Origin: Rickettsiales bacterium | Lineage (GTDB): Bacteria > Pseudomonadota > Alphaproteobacteria > Rickettsiales > UBA3002 | Reading direction: 5' to 3' | Assembly: GCA_044237845.1 (NCBI GenBank) | Contig: JBIIEL010000006.1 | Location: 4,124-68,123, forward strand | DNA: 64,000 nt | Shown here: positions 19,179 through 29,588 of the stretch, piece by piece | Numbering within the stretch: position 1 is the first letter of the stretch | Layout: the number at the start of each line of letters is the position of its first letter | Translations under genes and position numbers: made by a program | Notes under the pieces: model-generated | What the model saw: the letters and a program-made list of their open reading frames with translations, nothing else | Database searches by the model: none | Told to the model about the DNA's origin: nothing

Positions 19179-20413
19179 TTCATGACCGTGGCTTTGGGAT
19201 TGATAACGCTGTCAAGGTAACGCCCCTGAAAGAGGGTAAGCCCCATCGCCTGACCGAATTCTACCGCCTTTTGGGTATCACAGCGGGTAAGAATCACCCG
19301 ATTACTGCCACATTGTCGAATTGCCTCGCGCAAAGTGCGGTTTTTCTCGGAATCCAAGTCGGTTTCATTATCCGCATTCCACATCAATTTAATAAAATCA
19401 AACCCTAAGCGATGACGGTCGATCTGCGGGAAGCTTAGCTCCGTCACTCCGTCGAGACAAACGCGATAACCTAACTTTTGCACCGCTTCTTTCGCGACTA
19501 AGAATGCCGACATGTCTGCAAACACATCTGCAATCTGCAGCTCCATGACAATCGATACTTTCATACCAGGTTTAATTGCCGCATCAAATTCTGTAAAGCG
19601 CGAGGAAAGTAATGTCGGTATGTTCAAATTAAGGCTAACCGGACTAATCAGATACCGGGAAGGGCTCCGCTGAATTGCATCAAACATCCGCTCATCAAGA
19701 ATTTCCGTGAGATATCTGAATAGCCAACGATTTGAAAGGATGTCGACTTCAATCCCCATACTTTGACGCAGATGGTTAATGTTGATATACATTTCATCGA
19801 ACACCGTGCGCATGGTAGTATTCGGAATTGCTGCACATACCGGCTGGCGACGAATCGTCGGCGAAATATCGATATTACGCATGTCACGCTCAATCGCAGC
19901 AAGGCTTGCTGCGGTGAAGAGTTTCATATTCTTCGGTGTGGCTTCGCGGCGTGATTCTTTACCAATTTTGGCGGGCTCAAAGATACCCCCTCTTGCGTCA
20001 CGCAAACGAAGAACAAGACGCCGCTTGCAGATATCCATAAAATCATGCCACTGGGTCTCCATGTCGTAGAGCGTTGAGAACTCTTTATTCTCATCTCCCT
20101 CCACTGTGTAGGCCAAAGGATCATCCATGAATAAATAACGGAGCTGGAAAATCATTTTTTCCATTGTCATTTTCTGCAAATGCCTGACCACAACGTAAAT
20201 CGTACAGTCATCACAAATATAAATCGCACCATCAAGATCGCCTATCAGGTCGTTCATGAGGTTAGTTGAAATCTTGATCTGGTATTCACTGCGATAATGC
20301 TCGAGCAGTTTAGAGAACGAGAAGCACAGCACCTGCCAACCATCTCGACTTCCCTCAATCAAGTTGAGAAGCTCAATTAGCCGTGCCTCTGCCTCTCTAT
20401 TTACTATACGCAT
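19175..20413 (-). CDS. degenerate EAL-domain-like protein with unknown N-terminal domain
   Basis: The C-terminal about 220 aa align by eye with EAL landmarks, but most catalytic residues are replaced: RRQPV, LNLN, VMELQIAD, CLDGVTE instead of DDFGTG, IKLM instead of LKID, TRCD instead of EGVE, and LFQGRY. AGGGGA lies 5 nt upstream of the ATG. 4-nt overlap with the peptidase-like gene. Confidence 0.55.
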   Translation of the reverse strand: MRIVNREAEARLIELLNLIEGSRDGWQVLCFSFSKLLEHYRSEYQIKISTNLMNDLIGDLDGAIYICDDCTIYVVVRHLQKMTMEKMIFQLRYLFMDDPLAYTVEGDENKEFSTLYDMETQWHDFMDICKRRLVLRLRDARGGIFEPAKIGKESRREATPKNMKLFTAASLAAIERDMRNIDISPTIRRQPVCAAIPNTTMRTVFDEMYININHLRQSMGIEVDILSNRWLFRYLTEILDERMFDAIQRSPSRYLISPVSLNLNIPTLLSSRFTEFDAAIKPGMKVSIVMELQIADVFADMSAFLVAKEAVQKLGYRVCLDGVTELSFPQIDRHRLGFDFIKLMWNADNETDLDSEKNRTLREAIRQCGSNRVILTRCDTQKAVEFGQAMGLTLFQGRYLDSVINPKATVMN

Positions 20414-20424
20414 GGAATCCCCTG

Positions 20425-20925
20425 CTAGCGGCGGCGTTTCTTCTTCGGACGATCATCGTCGTCATCATCCTCATTATCTTCATCCTCTTCCTCGTCGTCC
20501 TCGTCTTCCATATGGTCTTCAAGGTCATCCACGAGTTTATCGTCTCCTACCATTTCGGCGAACATTTCGTCGTCCGCATCATCGGAATTGGGGTCTTTCT
20601 CGTCGTCTTCGTCGTGCTCTTCTACTTCTTCAAGCGAGGTGAGCTCGACGCTATCGTCATCCATCGGCTCAAGATCCATGCTGTCATCACCATCCTCGAC
20701 CTCAGGCAGATCCACATCCTCGCCGAGCATTTCTTCGTCTTTTGGTTTACGCACGGGCTTGGCAACGGGCTTCACCTCTTTCTTAGGCTTCGCCACTTTT
20801 TTTGCCGCATCACGCCAGCTATGCGCACATTTCGGGCATTTCACCGGATCGGTGGCTCCGAAATCATAAAATTTGGCGTCGCACTTTGGACAAATACGTT
20901 TTGTGCCTAAGTTCTGAGACGTCAT
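20425..20925 (-). CDS. TIGR02300 (FYDLN_acid) family zinc-ribbon protein with acidic tail
   Basis: LGTKRICPKCDAKFYDFGATDPVKCPKCAHSW followed by a long Asp/Glu-rich C-terminus. Confidence 0.75.
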   Translation of the reverse strand: MTSQNLGTKRICPKCDAKFYDFGATDPVKCPKCAHSWRDAAKKVAKPKKEVKPVAKPVRKPKDEEMLGEDVDLPEVEDGDDSMDLEPMDDDSVELTSLEEVEEHDEDDEKDPNSDDADDEMFAEMVGDDKLVDDLEDHMEDEDDEEEDEDNEDDDDDDRPKKKRRR

Positions 20926-21021
20926 GCTTCCTCCGACTAACCTTGCCCCTTAACATAACATACGCTAGGAGCGTGTGATAGTTCTACCTAACGTATGTTT
21001 TTTGGAAAACGCAATAGCGCG

Positions 21022-22365
21022 ATGCATTCTTTGAACGATATTCTTACACCTGTGACATCTCGGCAGAGCACACGCCTCTCAGGGGCAGTGACTGTACCTG
21101 GCGATAAGTCTATTTCCCACCGCGCACTTATGCTCGCCAGTCAGGCGCTGGGGATAACTACCATCCACGGCCTGCTGGCGGGGGAAGATGTACTCGCAAC
21201 TTCCGCGGCGTTAAAACAATGTGGCGCACCTATTACGCGTGATGAAAACGGTGTGTGGACAGTCAACGGACGTGGCATCGGCGGGCTACATGCCCCTACC
21301 GACGTGCTGGATATGGGCAACGCAGGTACCGCCGCACGGCTGATGATGGGGCTACTCGCCCCCTACCTTTACACCACTCATTTCACCGGCGATGAATCGT
21401 TACGCAAGCGCCCTATGAAACGGGTGATGACGCCGCTCGAACAAATGGGCATCCGCTTCGAAGCGCGCGAAGGTGGCCGTCTGCCGCTGATGATGACAGG
21501 CACGGAAACCACAATACCGATTCATTACACTTTGCCGGTTGCTTCGGCACAGGTGAAGTCGGCAATCTTGCTCGCGGGACTAAACACTGCTGGCACCACG
21601 ACTGTTATCGAACGCGAGGCAACGCGCGACCACACCGAGCGCATGCTGCGTTTCTTCGGCATTGCGGTGGAAACAGCCCCCGCAGCCGAAGGTGGTATTT
21701 CGATTAGCATCGCCGGACAGCAGCCTCAAACAGCACAGGCACGAACCTTCCATGTGCCGGGCGACCCCTCCTCTGCCGCTTTCCCGATTGTTGCGGCGCT
21801 GATTGTGCCAGATTCTGAGGTGACCATCACCAATGTCTGCCTTAACCCGCTGCGCACCGGGCTGTTCGATGTGCTCAAAGCAATGGGTGCGAATCTTACG
21901 ATTGCCAATGCCCGCGAAGTCGGCGGCGAGCCAGTCGGCGACATCACAGTGAAACACTCGCCCCTCAAAGGGGTTGAAGTCGCTGCACATATCGCTCCGT
22001 CAATGATTGATGAATACCCCATCCTTGCCGTTGCAGCGAGCTTTGCACAGGGCAAAACGATTATGCGTGGCCTTTCCGAATTGCGCGTCAAAGAGAGTGA
22101 CCGTCTCGCTGCCATCATCGCTGGGCTTGTCGCCAATGGCGTGAATGCCTATGCCGAAGGGGACGACCTCATCGTCGAAGGACAGGCTGCGCCTGTAGGC
22201 GGAGGGAAGGTTGTCACACACTTTGATCACCGTATCGCCATGAGCTTTTGTGTGATGGGGTTAGCAACAAAGCAGCCTATCACCGTGGATGACACACGCC
22301 CCATTGCCACCAGCTTCCCCGGCTTTATGGGGTTGATGCAGAAATTAGGAGCACCCCATGACTAA
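21022..22365 (+). CDS. aroA: 3-phosphoshikimate 1-carboxyvinyltransferase (EPSP synthase)
   Basis: VPGDKSISHRALMLAS, LDMGNAGTAARL and KESDRLAA motifs. The ORF track start at 20995 is an alternative. Confidence 0.9.
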   Translation: MHSLNDILTPVTSRQSTRLSGAVTVPGDKSISHRALMLASQALGITTIHGLLAGEDVLATSAALKQCGAPITRDENGVWTVNGRGIGGLHAPTDVLDMGNAGTAARLMMGLLAPYLYTTHFTGDESLRKRPMKRVMTPLEQMGIRFEAREGGRLPLMMTGTETTIPIHYTLPVASAQVKSAILLAGLNTAGTTTVIEREATRDHTERMLRFFGIAVETAPAAEGGISISIAGQQPQTAQARTFHVPGDPSSAAFPIVAALIVPDSEVTITNVCLNPLRTGLFDVLKAMGANLTIANAREVGGEPVGDITVKHSPLKGVEVAAHIAPSMIDEYPILAVAASFAQGKTIMRGLSELRVKESDRLAAIIAGLVANGVNAYAEGDDLIVEGQAAPVGGGKVVTHFDHRIAMSFCVMGLATKQPITVDDTRPIATSFPGFMGLMQKLGAPHD

Positions 22366-23014
22366 CATCTCAAAACGCAGCCTCGTTATCGCGGTGGATG
22401 GCCCCGCCGCCTCAGGAAAAGGAACGCTGGCGCGCAAACTGGCGGCACATTATGGCTTGCCGCATCTCGATACCGGGCTGCTTTACCGCGCTGTAGGGAA
22501 AAAACTACTGGAAGCGCGCCAACAAGGCTCACGGGATTCCGACAAGCTCATCGCTATCCATGCCGCGCAGAATCTCAGCGTAACCGACCTCGCCCGCAAC
22601 GACCTGGGCACCGAAGGCGTTGGCCGCGCTGCCTCTATTATCTCTGCCATCCCCGAAGTGCGCGACGCCCTGCTGCAATACCAGTTTGATTTTGCCGATC
22701 AGGAAGGCGGTGCCGTACTCGATGGCCGCGATATCGGCACCGTCATCTGCCCGGATGCAGATGTAAAACTTTTCATCACAGCAAGCGCCGAAGTGCGCGC
22801 GAAACGGCGCTATGAACAACAGAAACAGACGGATGCCTCGGCGGATTACCAATCTATTCTTACCGCCATTCTGGAGCGCGACGAACGGGATAGTACTCGC
22901 ACCGCCGCCCCACTCACCGTGGCGGAGGACGCCGTAAGTATCGATAGCAGTGACATGAGCATCGACGCCGTTTTCGCGGCTGCGATTGAGGTGGTTGAGC
23001 GCATTCCGGCCTAA
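22358..23014 (+). CDS. cmk: cytidylate kinase
   Basis: IAVDGPAASGKGTLARKLA P-loop. Overlaps the aroA end, with the usual aroA-cmk-rpsA order. Confidence 0.9.
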   Translation: MTNISKRSLVIAVDGPAASGKGTLARKLAAHYGLPHLDTGLLYRAVGKKLLEARQQGSRDSDKLIAIHAAQNLSVTDLARNDLGTEGVGRAASIISAIPEVRDALLQYQFDFADQEGGAVLDGRDIGTVICPDADVKLFITASAEVRAKRRYEQQKQTDASADYQSILTAILERDERDSTRTAAPLTVAEDAVSIDSSDMSIDAVFAAAIEVVERIPA

Positions 23015-23162
23015 AATGGGCTTTTTGCAAGGAAATCGCTTGATTTTTCCTATTTCCGGCGTATGAAACCCACTCCCTCGCGCAAGGTGTGTGGGGGCGC
23101 GTGGGCACTGGTGCACTCGTGATCAAGCAACCTCAACCATTACTTAGACTGGATTTATTTAC

Positions 23163-24920
23163 ATGGCACAATCTGCAACCGTCCGTAAGGAAGACTTTAA
23201 AGACCAGAATTTCACCACCGGCGAAAGCTTCGCCGACCTTTTCGAAAACAGCGCCGCGGGCAAACTGTCTGAAGGCAGCGTCGTAAAAGGCACCATCGTC
23301 GGCATCGAGAAAGACCTCGCCATCATCGACGTAGGTTTGAAATCCGAAGGACGCATTCCACTGCGCGAATTCTCTGTCGGCGGCCAAGCTGCTGAAGTGC
23401 GCATCGGCGACGTGTTCGACATCTATATCGAGCGCATTGAAGACCGTCATGGCGAAGCACAGCTCAGCCGCGAGAAAGCACTCCGTGAAGAAGCATGGGT
23501 GAAGCTCGAAGAAATCCACAAAAACCAGACCAAAATTGAAGGCGTCATCTTCGGTCGCGTAAAAGGTGGTTTCACCGTGGACATCAAAGGTGCTGTGGCG
23601 TTCCTGCCTGGCTCGCAAGTTGATATCCGTCCGATCAAAGACGTGACCCCACTGATGAACGTGCCGCAACCGTTCCTCATCCTGAAAATGGATCGCAAGC
23701 GTGGCAACATCGTGGTTTCGCGCCGCGCGATCATGGAAGAAAGCCGTGCAGAAGCGCGTGGCCAGCTCCTCGATAAAATCGCAGAAGGTCAGATCCTCGA
23801 CGGTATTGTGAAAAACATCACCGATTACGGTGCGTTCATCGATATGGGCGGCGTAGACGGCCTCCTCCACGTCACCGATATTTCGTGGAAGCGTATCAAT
23901 CACCCATCCGAAGTGTTCGCGATTGGCGACGCAGTACGCGTGATCGTGACCAAGTTCGATGCCGACAGCAAGCGTATCAGCCTTGGCATGAAGCAGCTCG
24001 ACAGCAACCCATGGGAAGGCGTCAGCAGCAAGTTCCAGCCGGGCGCACGCCTCAAGGGCAAAATCACCAACATCACCGACTACGGTGCGTTTGTGGAGCT
24101 TGATTCGGGCATTGAAGGCCTTGTTCACGTCTCGGAAATGAGCTGGACGAAGAAAAACATCCATCCGTCGAAGCTCGTTCAGACTGGCCAGGAAGTTGAA
24201 GTGCAGGTGATCGATATCGACACCAACAAGCACCGCATCAGCCTCGGTATGAAACAGTGCATCGACAATCCGTGGAACAATTTTGCCGCCAACTTCCATG
24301 AAGGCGACATCATTGAAGGTGAAGTACGCAACATCACCGATTTCGGTCTGTTCGTTGGCCTCCAGGGTGAGATTGACGGCCTCGTGCACCATTCTGACAT
24401 CAGCTGGGATCAGCCGGGCGAAGAAGCCATCAAAGCCTTCAAAAAAGGTGACAAGGTTTCCGCACGCATCCTCGTGGTTGATATTGAGAAAGAGCGCATC
24501 AGCCTTGGCATCAAGCAGCTGACGGAAAACCCAGCGGGCGACACCCTCGCCGCCTTCAAAAAAGGCGATGTGGTCACCTGTACGGTCACCGCGGTTGATA
24601 AAGACGGCATCGAAGTCGAACTTTCTGAGGGCACCAAGTCCTACATCAAGAAAGGCGACCTCTCGCGTGAGCGTCAGGACCAGCGTCCGGAGCGTTTTGC
24701 CGTGGGTGACCGCGTCGATGCAAAAGTCTTCAGCGTTGATAAGAAAACGATGAAAGTCGGCGTTTCGATCAAAGTACTTGAGCAAGATGAGCACAAGCGC
24801 GCGATCGACGAGTACGGCTCGTCGGATTCGGGCGCGAGCCTCGGCGACATCCTCGGTGCAGCAATTCAGGAAGCCGCTGCTCCGAAGAAAAAAGCCGCTG
24901 CTAAGAAAAAAGCAGAGTAA
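23163..24920 (+). CDS. rpsA: 30S ribosomal protein S1
   Basis: Six S1 (OB) repeats with the recurrent GxV..I.dfGaFV.l..g.eGLvH.Se pattern. Confidence 0.95.
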   Translation: MAQSATVRKEDFKDQNFTTGESFADLFENSAAGKLSEGSVVKGTIVGIEKDLAIIDVGLKSEGRIPLREFSVGGQAAEVRIGDVFDIYIERIEDRHGEAQLSREKALREEAWVKLEEIHKNQTKIEGVIFGRVKGGFTVDIKGAVAFLPGSQVDIRPIKDVTPLMNVPQPFLILKMDRKRGNIVVSRRAIMEESRAEARGQLLDKIAEGQILDGIVKNITDYGAFIDMGGVDGLLHVTDISWKRINHPSEVFAIGDAVRVIVTKFDADSKRISLGMKQLDSNPWEGVSSKFQPGARLKGKITNITDYGAFVELDSGIEGLVHVSEMSWTKKNIHPSKLVQTGQEVEVQVIDIDTNKHRISLGMKQCIDNPWNNFAANFHEGDIIEGEVRNITDFGLFVGLQGEIDGLVHHSDISWDQPGEEAIKAFKKGDKVSARILVVDIEKERISLGIKQLTENPAGDTLAAFKKGDVVTCTVTAVDKDGIEVELSEGTKSYIKKGDLSRERQDQRPERFAVGDRVDAKVFSVDKKTMKVGVSIKVLEQDEHKRAIDEYGSSDSGASLGDILGAAIQEAAAPKKKAAAKKKAE

Positions 24921-24933
24921 TCGCAATCTGTGT

Positions 24934-24973
24934 ACCGTTAACCGTTGGCCAGAATTGGCTGACGGTTAACGGT
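24934..24973 (+). terminator. long stem-loop downstream of rpsA (12-bp perfect stem ACCGTTAACCGT / ACGGTTAACGGT)
   Basis: Arms at 24934-24945 and 24962-24973 are perfect reverse complements. No U-tract follows, so intrinsic terminator activity is uncertain. Confidence 0.45.
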
Positions 24974-25001
24974 CACCGAATAACGATCAACGGAGCTCTC
25001 C

Positions 25002-25931
25002 ATGCAGCCACAAAGCGACCTCCTTATCGACCGTAAACGCCTCAAGGGGCAGTTGGTGGGATGGCGTACTGCGGCACTTATGCTGCTATTTCTGTTTTTT
25101 ATTTCCCAGCTAGACGGCAGCAAAACAAATGTAGGTGGTCGTGTGGTTGGCGGTGATTACATCGCCCGCATCACCATCGAAGGCGTGATGGTAGACGACC
25201 TCAAACGCGATGAACTCATGAAAAAAATTCGTGATGATGTGCATGTAAAAGCCGTCATCGTGAGGATGGATTCTCCCGGCGGCACCACCGTTGGTGGCGA
25301 AGAAGTTTTTCTACAACTGCGTGAGATTGCTAAAAAGAAACCCGTCGTCGGTACAATGCGCACTGTCTGTGCCTCCGCATGTTATATGGCCTCACTCGCG
25401 GCAGACCATGTGCTCGCACGTGAGGGCACCCTCACCGGCTCCATCGGCGTGTTGATGCAAAGCTTTGAAGTCAGCCGACTGGCAGACAAGCTTGGTGTCA
25501 CCTCTATCACCGTTAAGTCCGGTGCCTATAAAGATGTTCCTAGTATGGCGGAGCCATTTACCGATGAACAACGCGGAGTTGTTAACCAGCTCATTGCAGA
25601 TGCATATGACCGCTTCGTCAGCATGATTGTCGAGCGCCGCAAAATGGAAGATGCTACCGTGCGTCAATTGGCGGATGGGCGAGTTTATACTGGTCATCAG
25701 GCGTTTAATTTAAAGCTCATTGATGCGATTGGTGGCGAGGAAGAAGCCCTCGTTTGGCTTACCGAAAAACGTAGCATCGACAAGAAGCTAGAGATTGTAG
25801 ATGTAAAACAAGAAGAAGAATTTCAAAGCCTTGTTGACCAACTTGCACAATCGAGCGGCATAAAAATATTCGAAAAATCTTCCATTGGGCTTGACGGGCT
25901 GGTGAGTATCTGGCATCCTTCCGCTATATAA
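25002..25931 (+). CDS. sppA: signal peptide peptidase SppA (36K type)
   Basis: N-terminal TM helix, then DSPGGT...ASACYMA (Ser protease S49 pattern). Confidence 0.8.
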   Translation: MQPQSDLLIDRKRLKGQLVGWRTAALMLLFLFFISQLDGSKTNVGGRVVGGDYIARITIEGVMVDDLKRDELMKKIRDDVHVKAVIVRMDSPGGTTVGGEEVFLQLREIAKKKPVVGTMRTVCASACYMASLAADHVLAREGTLTGSIGVLMQSFEVSRLADKLGVTSITVKSGAYKDVPSMAEPFTDEQRGVVNQLIADAYDRFVSMIVERRKMEDATVRQLADGRVYTGHQAFNLKLIDAIGGEEEALVWLTEKRSIDKKLEIVDVKQEEEFQSLVDQLAQSSGIKIFEKSSIGLDGLVSIWHPSAI

Positions 25932-25954
25932 CCCACTCATTTGGCGAGGGAATT

Positions 25955-26248
25955 ATGACAAAATCCGAACTGATCGCACGGCTCGCTAAACGCTATCCCC
26001 ACCTCTATCAGCGTGACATTGAAGTGCTGGTGAACACCATGTTCGACGAAATTGCCGGTGCGCTCAGCAATGGCAACCGCGTTGAACTACGCGGCTTCGG
26101 TGCTTTCTCGGTTCGCCAGCGCGAGGCGCGTGCCGCCCGCAACCCCAAAAATGGCGAAATGGTCAATGTGGGTCAGCGCCACGCCATTTACTTCCGCACC
26201 GGCAAAGAACTGCGTGAGCGCATTATCAATGTAGTGCCAAAGGACTAG
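25955..26248 (+). CDS. ihfB: integration host factor subunit beta
   Basis: MTKSELIARLAKRYPHLYQRDIE...ELRGFGAFSVRQREARAARNPKNGE is the canonical IHF-beta sequence. Confidence 0.9.
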   Translation: MTKSELIARLAKRYPHLYQRDIEVLVNTMFDEIAGALSNGNRVELRGFGAFSVRQREARAARNPKNGEMVNVGQRHAIYFRTGKELRERIINVVPKD

Positions 26249-26871
26249 TGCCGCCTCGCATTAAAAACTGCGGCCTCACCACACCATCCGCCATTGCCTG
26301 CGCTGTTTCTACGAGCGCTAATTTCGTTGGCTTTGTGCATCATACAGCATCCCCGCGTCACCTCACCGCCGAACAAATTGCCGCACTCTACGCCCATGTT
26401 CCGCCGGGTGTCGCATGCGTCATCGTGCTGGTTGACCCAAGCGACGACATGCTCGCATCCCTTCCCAAGCCAGACTTTTGGCAAATCACCGGTGTGAGCG
26501 ACCCTGCCCGCATCGCCGCCATTCATGCCGCCACAGGCGTCCCTGTCATCACGGCCATCCGCGTACGCTCGGCGGAGGATATTGCTCCAGCCTCTGCGCT
26601 TGAAGCTGTAAGCGCGCATCTCTTATTCGATACCTATCATCCACAAGAAGCGGGCGGCACCGGGCACGCGTTCGACTGGTCGCTGCTCAAGAATCTCTCA
26701 CTCAGCAAACCATGGTTCCTCGCGGGTGGCCTGAATGCAGACAACGTCGCAGATGCCATCCGCCGCACGCATGCGCCGATGGTGGATGTAAGCAGTGGCC
26801 TCGAGGATGCCCCGGGTATCAAATCGCTCGAAAAAATTGCGGCATTTAATAAAGCCGTGCTAGAAGCGTAA
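26248..26871 (+). CDS. trpF: phosphoribosylanthranilate isomerase
   Basis: IKNCGLTTP start, C-terminal GGLNADNV...DVSSGLE. GTG start overlaps the ihfB stop (TAGTG). Precedes trpB and trpA. Confidence 0.85.
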   Translation: MPPRIKNCGLTTPSAIACAVSTSANFVGFVHHTASPRHLTAEQIAALYAHVPPGVACVIVLVDPSDDMLASLPKPDFWQITGVSDPARIAAIHAATGVPVITAIRVRSAEDIAPASALEAVSAHLLFDTYHPQEAGGTGHAFDWSLLKNLSLSKPWFLAGGLNADNVADAIRRTHAPMVDVSSGLEDAPGIKSLEKIAAFNKAVLEA

Positions 26872-26872
26872 G

Positions 26873-28075
26873 ATGCAAATCCTCCCTGAACAGCCCGATT
26901 CGCACGGCCATTTCGGCCCTTATGGTGGCCGCTATGTCGCCGAAACGCTGATGCCCCTCATCCGCGAGGTGGAAGAAGCGTATGAGGACATGCGCGAAGA
27001 CCCGGCCTTCCACGCGCAGTTCGATGATTTGATGAAGCATTATGTCGGCCGCCCATCACCACTCTATTTCGCGGAGCGGCTGACGGAAAAACTCGGCGGC
27101 GCGCAAATCTATTTCAAACGCGACGAGCTGAATCACACCGGCGCGCATAAAATCAACAACTGCATCGGCCAGGTGCTGCTCGCCATGCGCATGGGCAAAA
27201 AACGCATCATCGCTGAGACAGGTGCAGGCCAGCACGGCGTCGCCACCGCTACTGTGTGTGCGCGTTTTGGGCTGAAATGCGTCGTCTATATGGGCGCGAA
27301 GGATATCGAACGTCAGAAGCCGAACGTCTTCCGCATGAAGCTGCTCGGCGCTGAAATCGTGCCGGTTACCAGTGGCAGCCAAAGCCTCAAAGACGCGATG
27401 AACGAAGCCATGCGCGACTGGGTGACCAACGTCGCCGACACCTACTACCTCATCGGCACTGCGAGCGGCCCGCACCCCTTCCCCATGATGGTGCGTGATT
27501 TTCAGTCTGTCATCGGCACCGAGGTGCGCGCCGAATGCCTCACGCGCCTTGGGCAGCTACCAGACATGCTCGTCGCCGCAATTGGTGGTGGTAGCAACGC
27601 GATTGGCTTGTTTCACCCCATGCTGAAAGATAGCAGCGTGCGCATGGTGGGCGTAGAAGCGGCAGGGCGCGGGCTCGACACCGATGCCCATGCAGCCTCG
27701 CTCACCAAGGGTTCGCCGGGTGTGCTACACGGCACGCGCACTTATTTGCTGCAGAATGCAGATGGGCAAATCACCGAAGCGCACTCCATTTCCGCGGGGC
27801 TGGATTACCCCGGCATCGGCCCCGAACATGCATGGCTGAAGGACGCAGGCCGCGCCGAATATGTCAGTGTGACGGATGATGAGGCGCTCGCTGCCTTTCA
27901 AACATTGGCTCAGACAGAGGGCATTTTGCCCGCGCTAGAACCTGCCCACGCGCTTGCCCATGTCATACGGATTGCACCAACCATGCCTCAACACGCTGTG
28001 TTGGTGATGAACCTCTGCGGGCGCGGCGATAAGGATATTTTCACTGTCGCCGATGCGCTGGGGGTGACACTATGA
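26873..28075 (+). CDS. trpB: tryptophan synthase beta chain
   Basis: [12 protein letters not shown]-lysine motif and GGGSNAIG. Confidence 0.95.
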   Translation: MQILPEQPDSHGHFGPYGGRYVAETLMPLIREVEEAYEDMREDPAFHAQFDDLMKHYVGRPSPLYFAERLTEKLGGAQIYFKRDELNHTGAHKINNCIGQVLLAMRMGKKRIIAETGAGQHGVATATVCARFGLKCVVYMGAKDIERQKPNVFRMKLLGAEIVPVTSGSQSLKDAMNEAMRDWVTNVADTYYLIGTASGPHPFPMMVRDFQSVIGTEVRAECLTRLGQLPDMLVAAIGGGSNAIGLFHPMLKDSSVRMVGVEAAGRGLDTDAHAASLTKGSPGVLHGTRTYLLQNADGQITEAHSISAGLDYPGIGPEHAWLKDAGRAEYVSVTDDEALAAFQTLAQTEGILPALEPAHALAHVIRIAPTMPQHAVLVMNLCGRGDKDIFTVADALGVTL

Positions 28076-28866
28076 GCCGTATCGCCACTGCCTTCGCCCA
28101 CTGCCGTGCCGAGAACCGCGCGGCGTTTATTCCTTTCATCATGGGCGGTGAGCCATCGGCGATGGCGTGCGAAAATTTGCTAAATGCGCTGCCCGAAGCA
28201 GGTGCGGATATTATCGAGCTTGGCATCCCCTTTTCCGACCCGATGGCGGATGGCCCTGTCATTCAAGCGGCTGGCCTGCGCGCGCTCACGGCTGGGGCGA
28301 CGCTTTCCTCTATCCTCACCCTCGCCCGCGATTTTCGCGCGAAGCACGCGGATACGCCGCTGGTGCTGATGGGTTACCTCAACCCGGTTTATGTGTATGG
28401 CTACGAGAAATTCGCGCGCGATGCCGCCGCCGCAGGGTTGGATGGCATCATCCTCGTCGACCTGCCGCCGGAGGAAGCGCCGGAGCTGGAGCCGCTGCTC
28501 ACCCGCCACGGCATTGCGCTGGTGCGGCTCATCGCCCCCACCTCGGTACCGGATCGTGTGCCGCTGCTGGTGGATGGCGCGTCGGGCTATCTCTATTACA
28601 TCAGCATGACAGGCATCACCGGCGCGAAGGCTGCTGCATCGACGGCGGAGATTGGGCGCAGCCTTGCTGCCATCCGCGCGGTGACGCATCTGCCCGTTTG
28701 CGTTGGCTTCGGCATTAAAACCCCGGCGGATGTAGCTGCCAATGCCCAACTCGCCGATGGTGTGGTGGTCGGCTCTGCCATCGTCCGCTATATTCATGAA
28801 ACCAAGGCAGACATCCCAAAATTCAGCGCCTTTGTGCGTGCACTGGCGGATGGATGTAAGCGATAG
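28072..28866 (+). CDS. trpA: tryptophan synthase alpha chain
   Basis: [17 protein letters not shown] motif. ATGA overlap with trpB. Confidence 0.95.
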   Translation: MSRIATAFAHCRAENRAAFIPFIMGGEPSAMACENLLNALPEAGADIIELGIPFSDPMADGPVIQAAGLRALTAGATLSSILTLARDFRAKHADTPLVLMGYLNPVYVYGYEKFARDAAAAGLDGIILVDLPPEEAPELEPLLTRHGIALVRLIAPTSVPDRVPLLVDGASGYLYYISMTGITGAKAAASTAEIGRSLAAIRAVTHLPVCVGFGIKTPADVAANAQLADGVVVGSAIVRYIHETKADIPKFSAFVRALADGCKR

Positions 28867-28873
28867 TCTTGTC

Positions 28874-28945
28874 ACCCCGACGAATGCCGGGGTCTGCGCC
28901 AAAAAGAAAAAATCGTTTGGGCGCGGATGCCGGGATAAACCCGGC
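28874..28945. terminator. hairpin cluster between convergent trpA and the orphan gene at 28980
   Basis: Two stems are visible: ACCCCG/CGGGGT (28874-28879 / 28888-28893) and GCCGGG/CCCGGC (28929-28934 / 28940-28945). No clean U-tracts follow either one. Confidence 0.4.
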
Positions 28946-28979
28946 ATAACAATTCCTTACAAACCCACCGCAGCAACGC

Positions 28980-29555
28980 TTAGCGAATCACGCCGGATTG
29001 CTTCAAGTTAGTGACCATTGCCGTCTGCACGGTGTTGAACACTTGTTCTTCGGTCAGCGTATTTCCGGCAGTGAGCTTGGTTTTTAAGTCCGCCACAGCT
29101 TTCAGCCCTGCTGCGTAAGCCGTTTCAACCTTAGCCGCCGTGTCTTTAACCAACGGAATATGGTAGCTGGTTTTATCAAACGATAGCACCAGTTCGGCTT
29201 CTTTTTTTCCGGAGAAATCGTTATACGCATCGTGCCATGGATTAAGATCCGTTGCCAACGAATCTATATTGCCAATATTGAGTGATTTTAATGCGTTATC
29301 TAGCTTCGCTGTCGGACTTTTCGGCGCAAGATTAAAACCGCCATAGCGACCATCTTCAAAGAGCGATTGTATTTTTTTTGCTTCCCCAGCATCCGTACCT
29401 TCGGGATAGTCAAAATGAGGACTCGCTATCCCCAATTTTGGCTGAGCATCACGAAAATCACGATCCGGTTTAGCGACAGTGGATTCAATCGATAGCTTGA
29501 TTCTATGTGTCATAAAAAACTCCGTGTTAGTTAAAGGGTTGAGCAACAAGGTCAT
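28980..29555 (-). CDS. hypothetical soluble protein (orphan)
   Basis: ORF track. Two candidate starts: ATG 29553-29555, preceded by G8-TAAA, and ATG 29511-29513, preceded by GGAG plus 7 nt. A Pho-box-like repeat lies upstream. Confidence 0.6.
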   Translation of the reverse strand: MTLLLNPLTNTEFFMTHRIKLSIESTVAKPDRDFRDAQPKLGIASPHFDYPEGTDAGEAKKIQSLFEDGRYGGFNLAPKSPTAKLDNALKSLNIGNIDSLATDLNPWHDAYNDFSGKKEAELVLSFDKTSYHIPLVKDTAAKVETAYAAGLKAVADLKTKLTAGNTLTEEQVFNTVQTAMVTNLKQSGVIR

Positions 29556-29559
29556 TTTA

Positions 29560-29567
29560 CCCCCCCC
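29560..29567 (-). repeat. homopolymeric G8 tract (C8 on the plus strand) in the leader/RBS of the orphan gene
   Basis: Read directly: tttaCCCCCCCCacat, 4 nt upstream of ATG 29555. Confidence 0.9.
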
Positions 29568-29588
29568 ACATTAACACAAGTTAATTTA

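Noticed and set aside
23133-24926. 597-aa ORF antisense to rpsA
   Set aside because: It is a mirror frame of the highly conserved S1 gene. It has no motifs and an odd composition (Phe/Asp/Val/His-rich).
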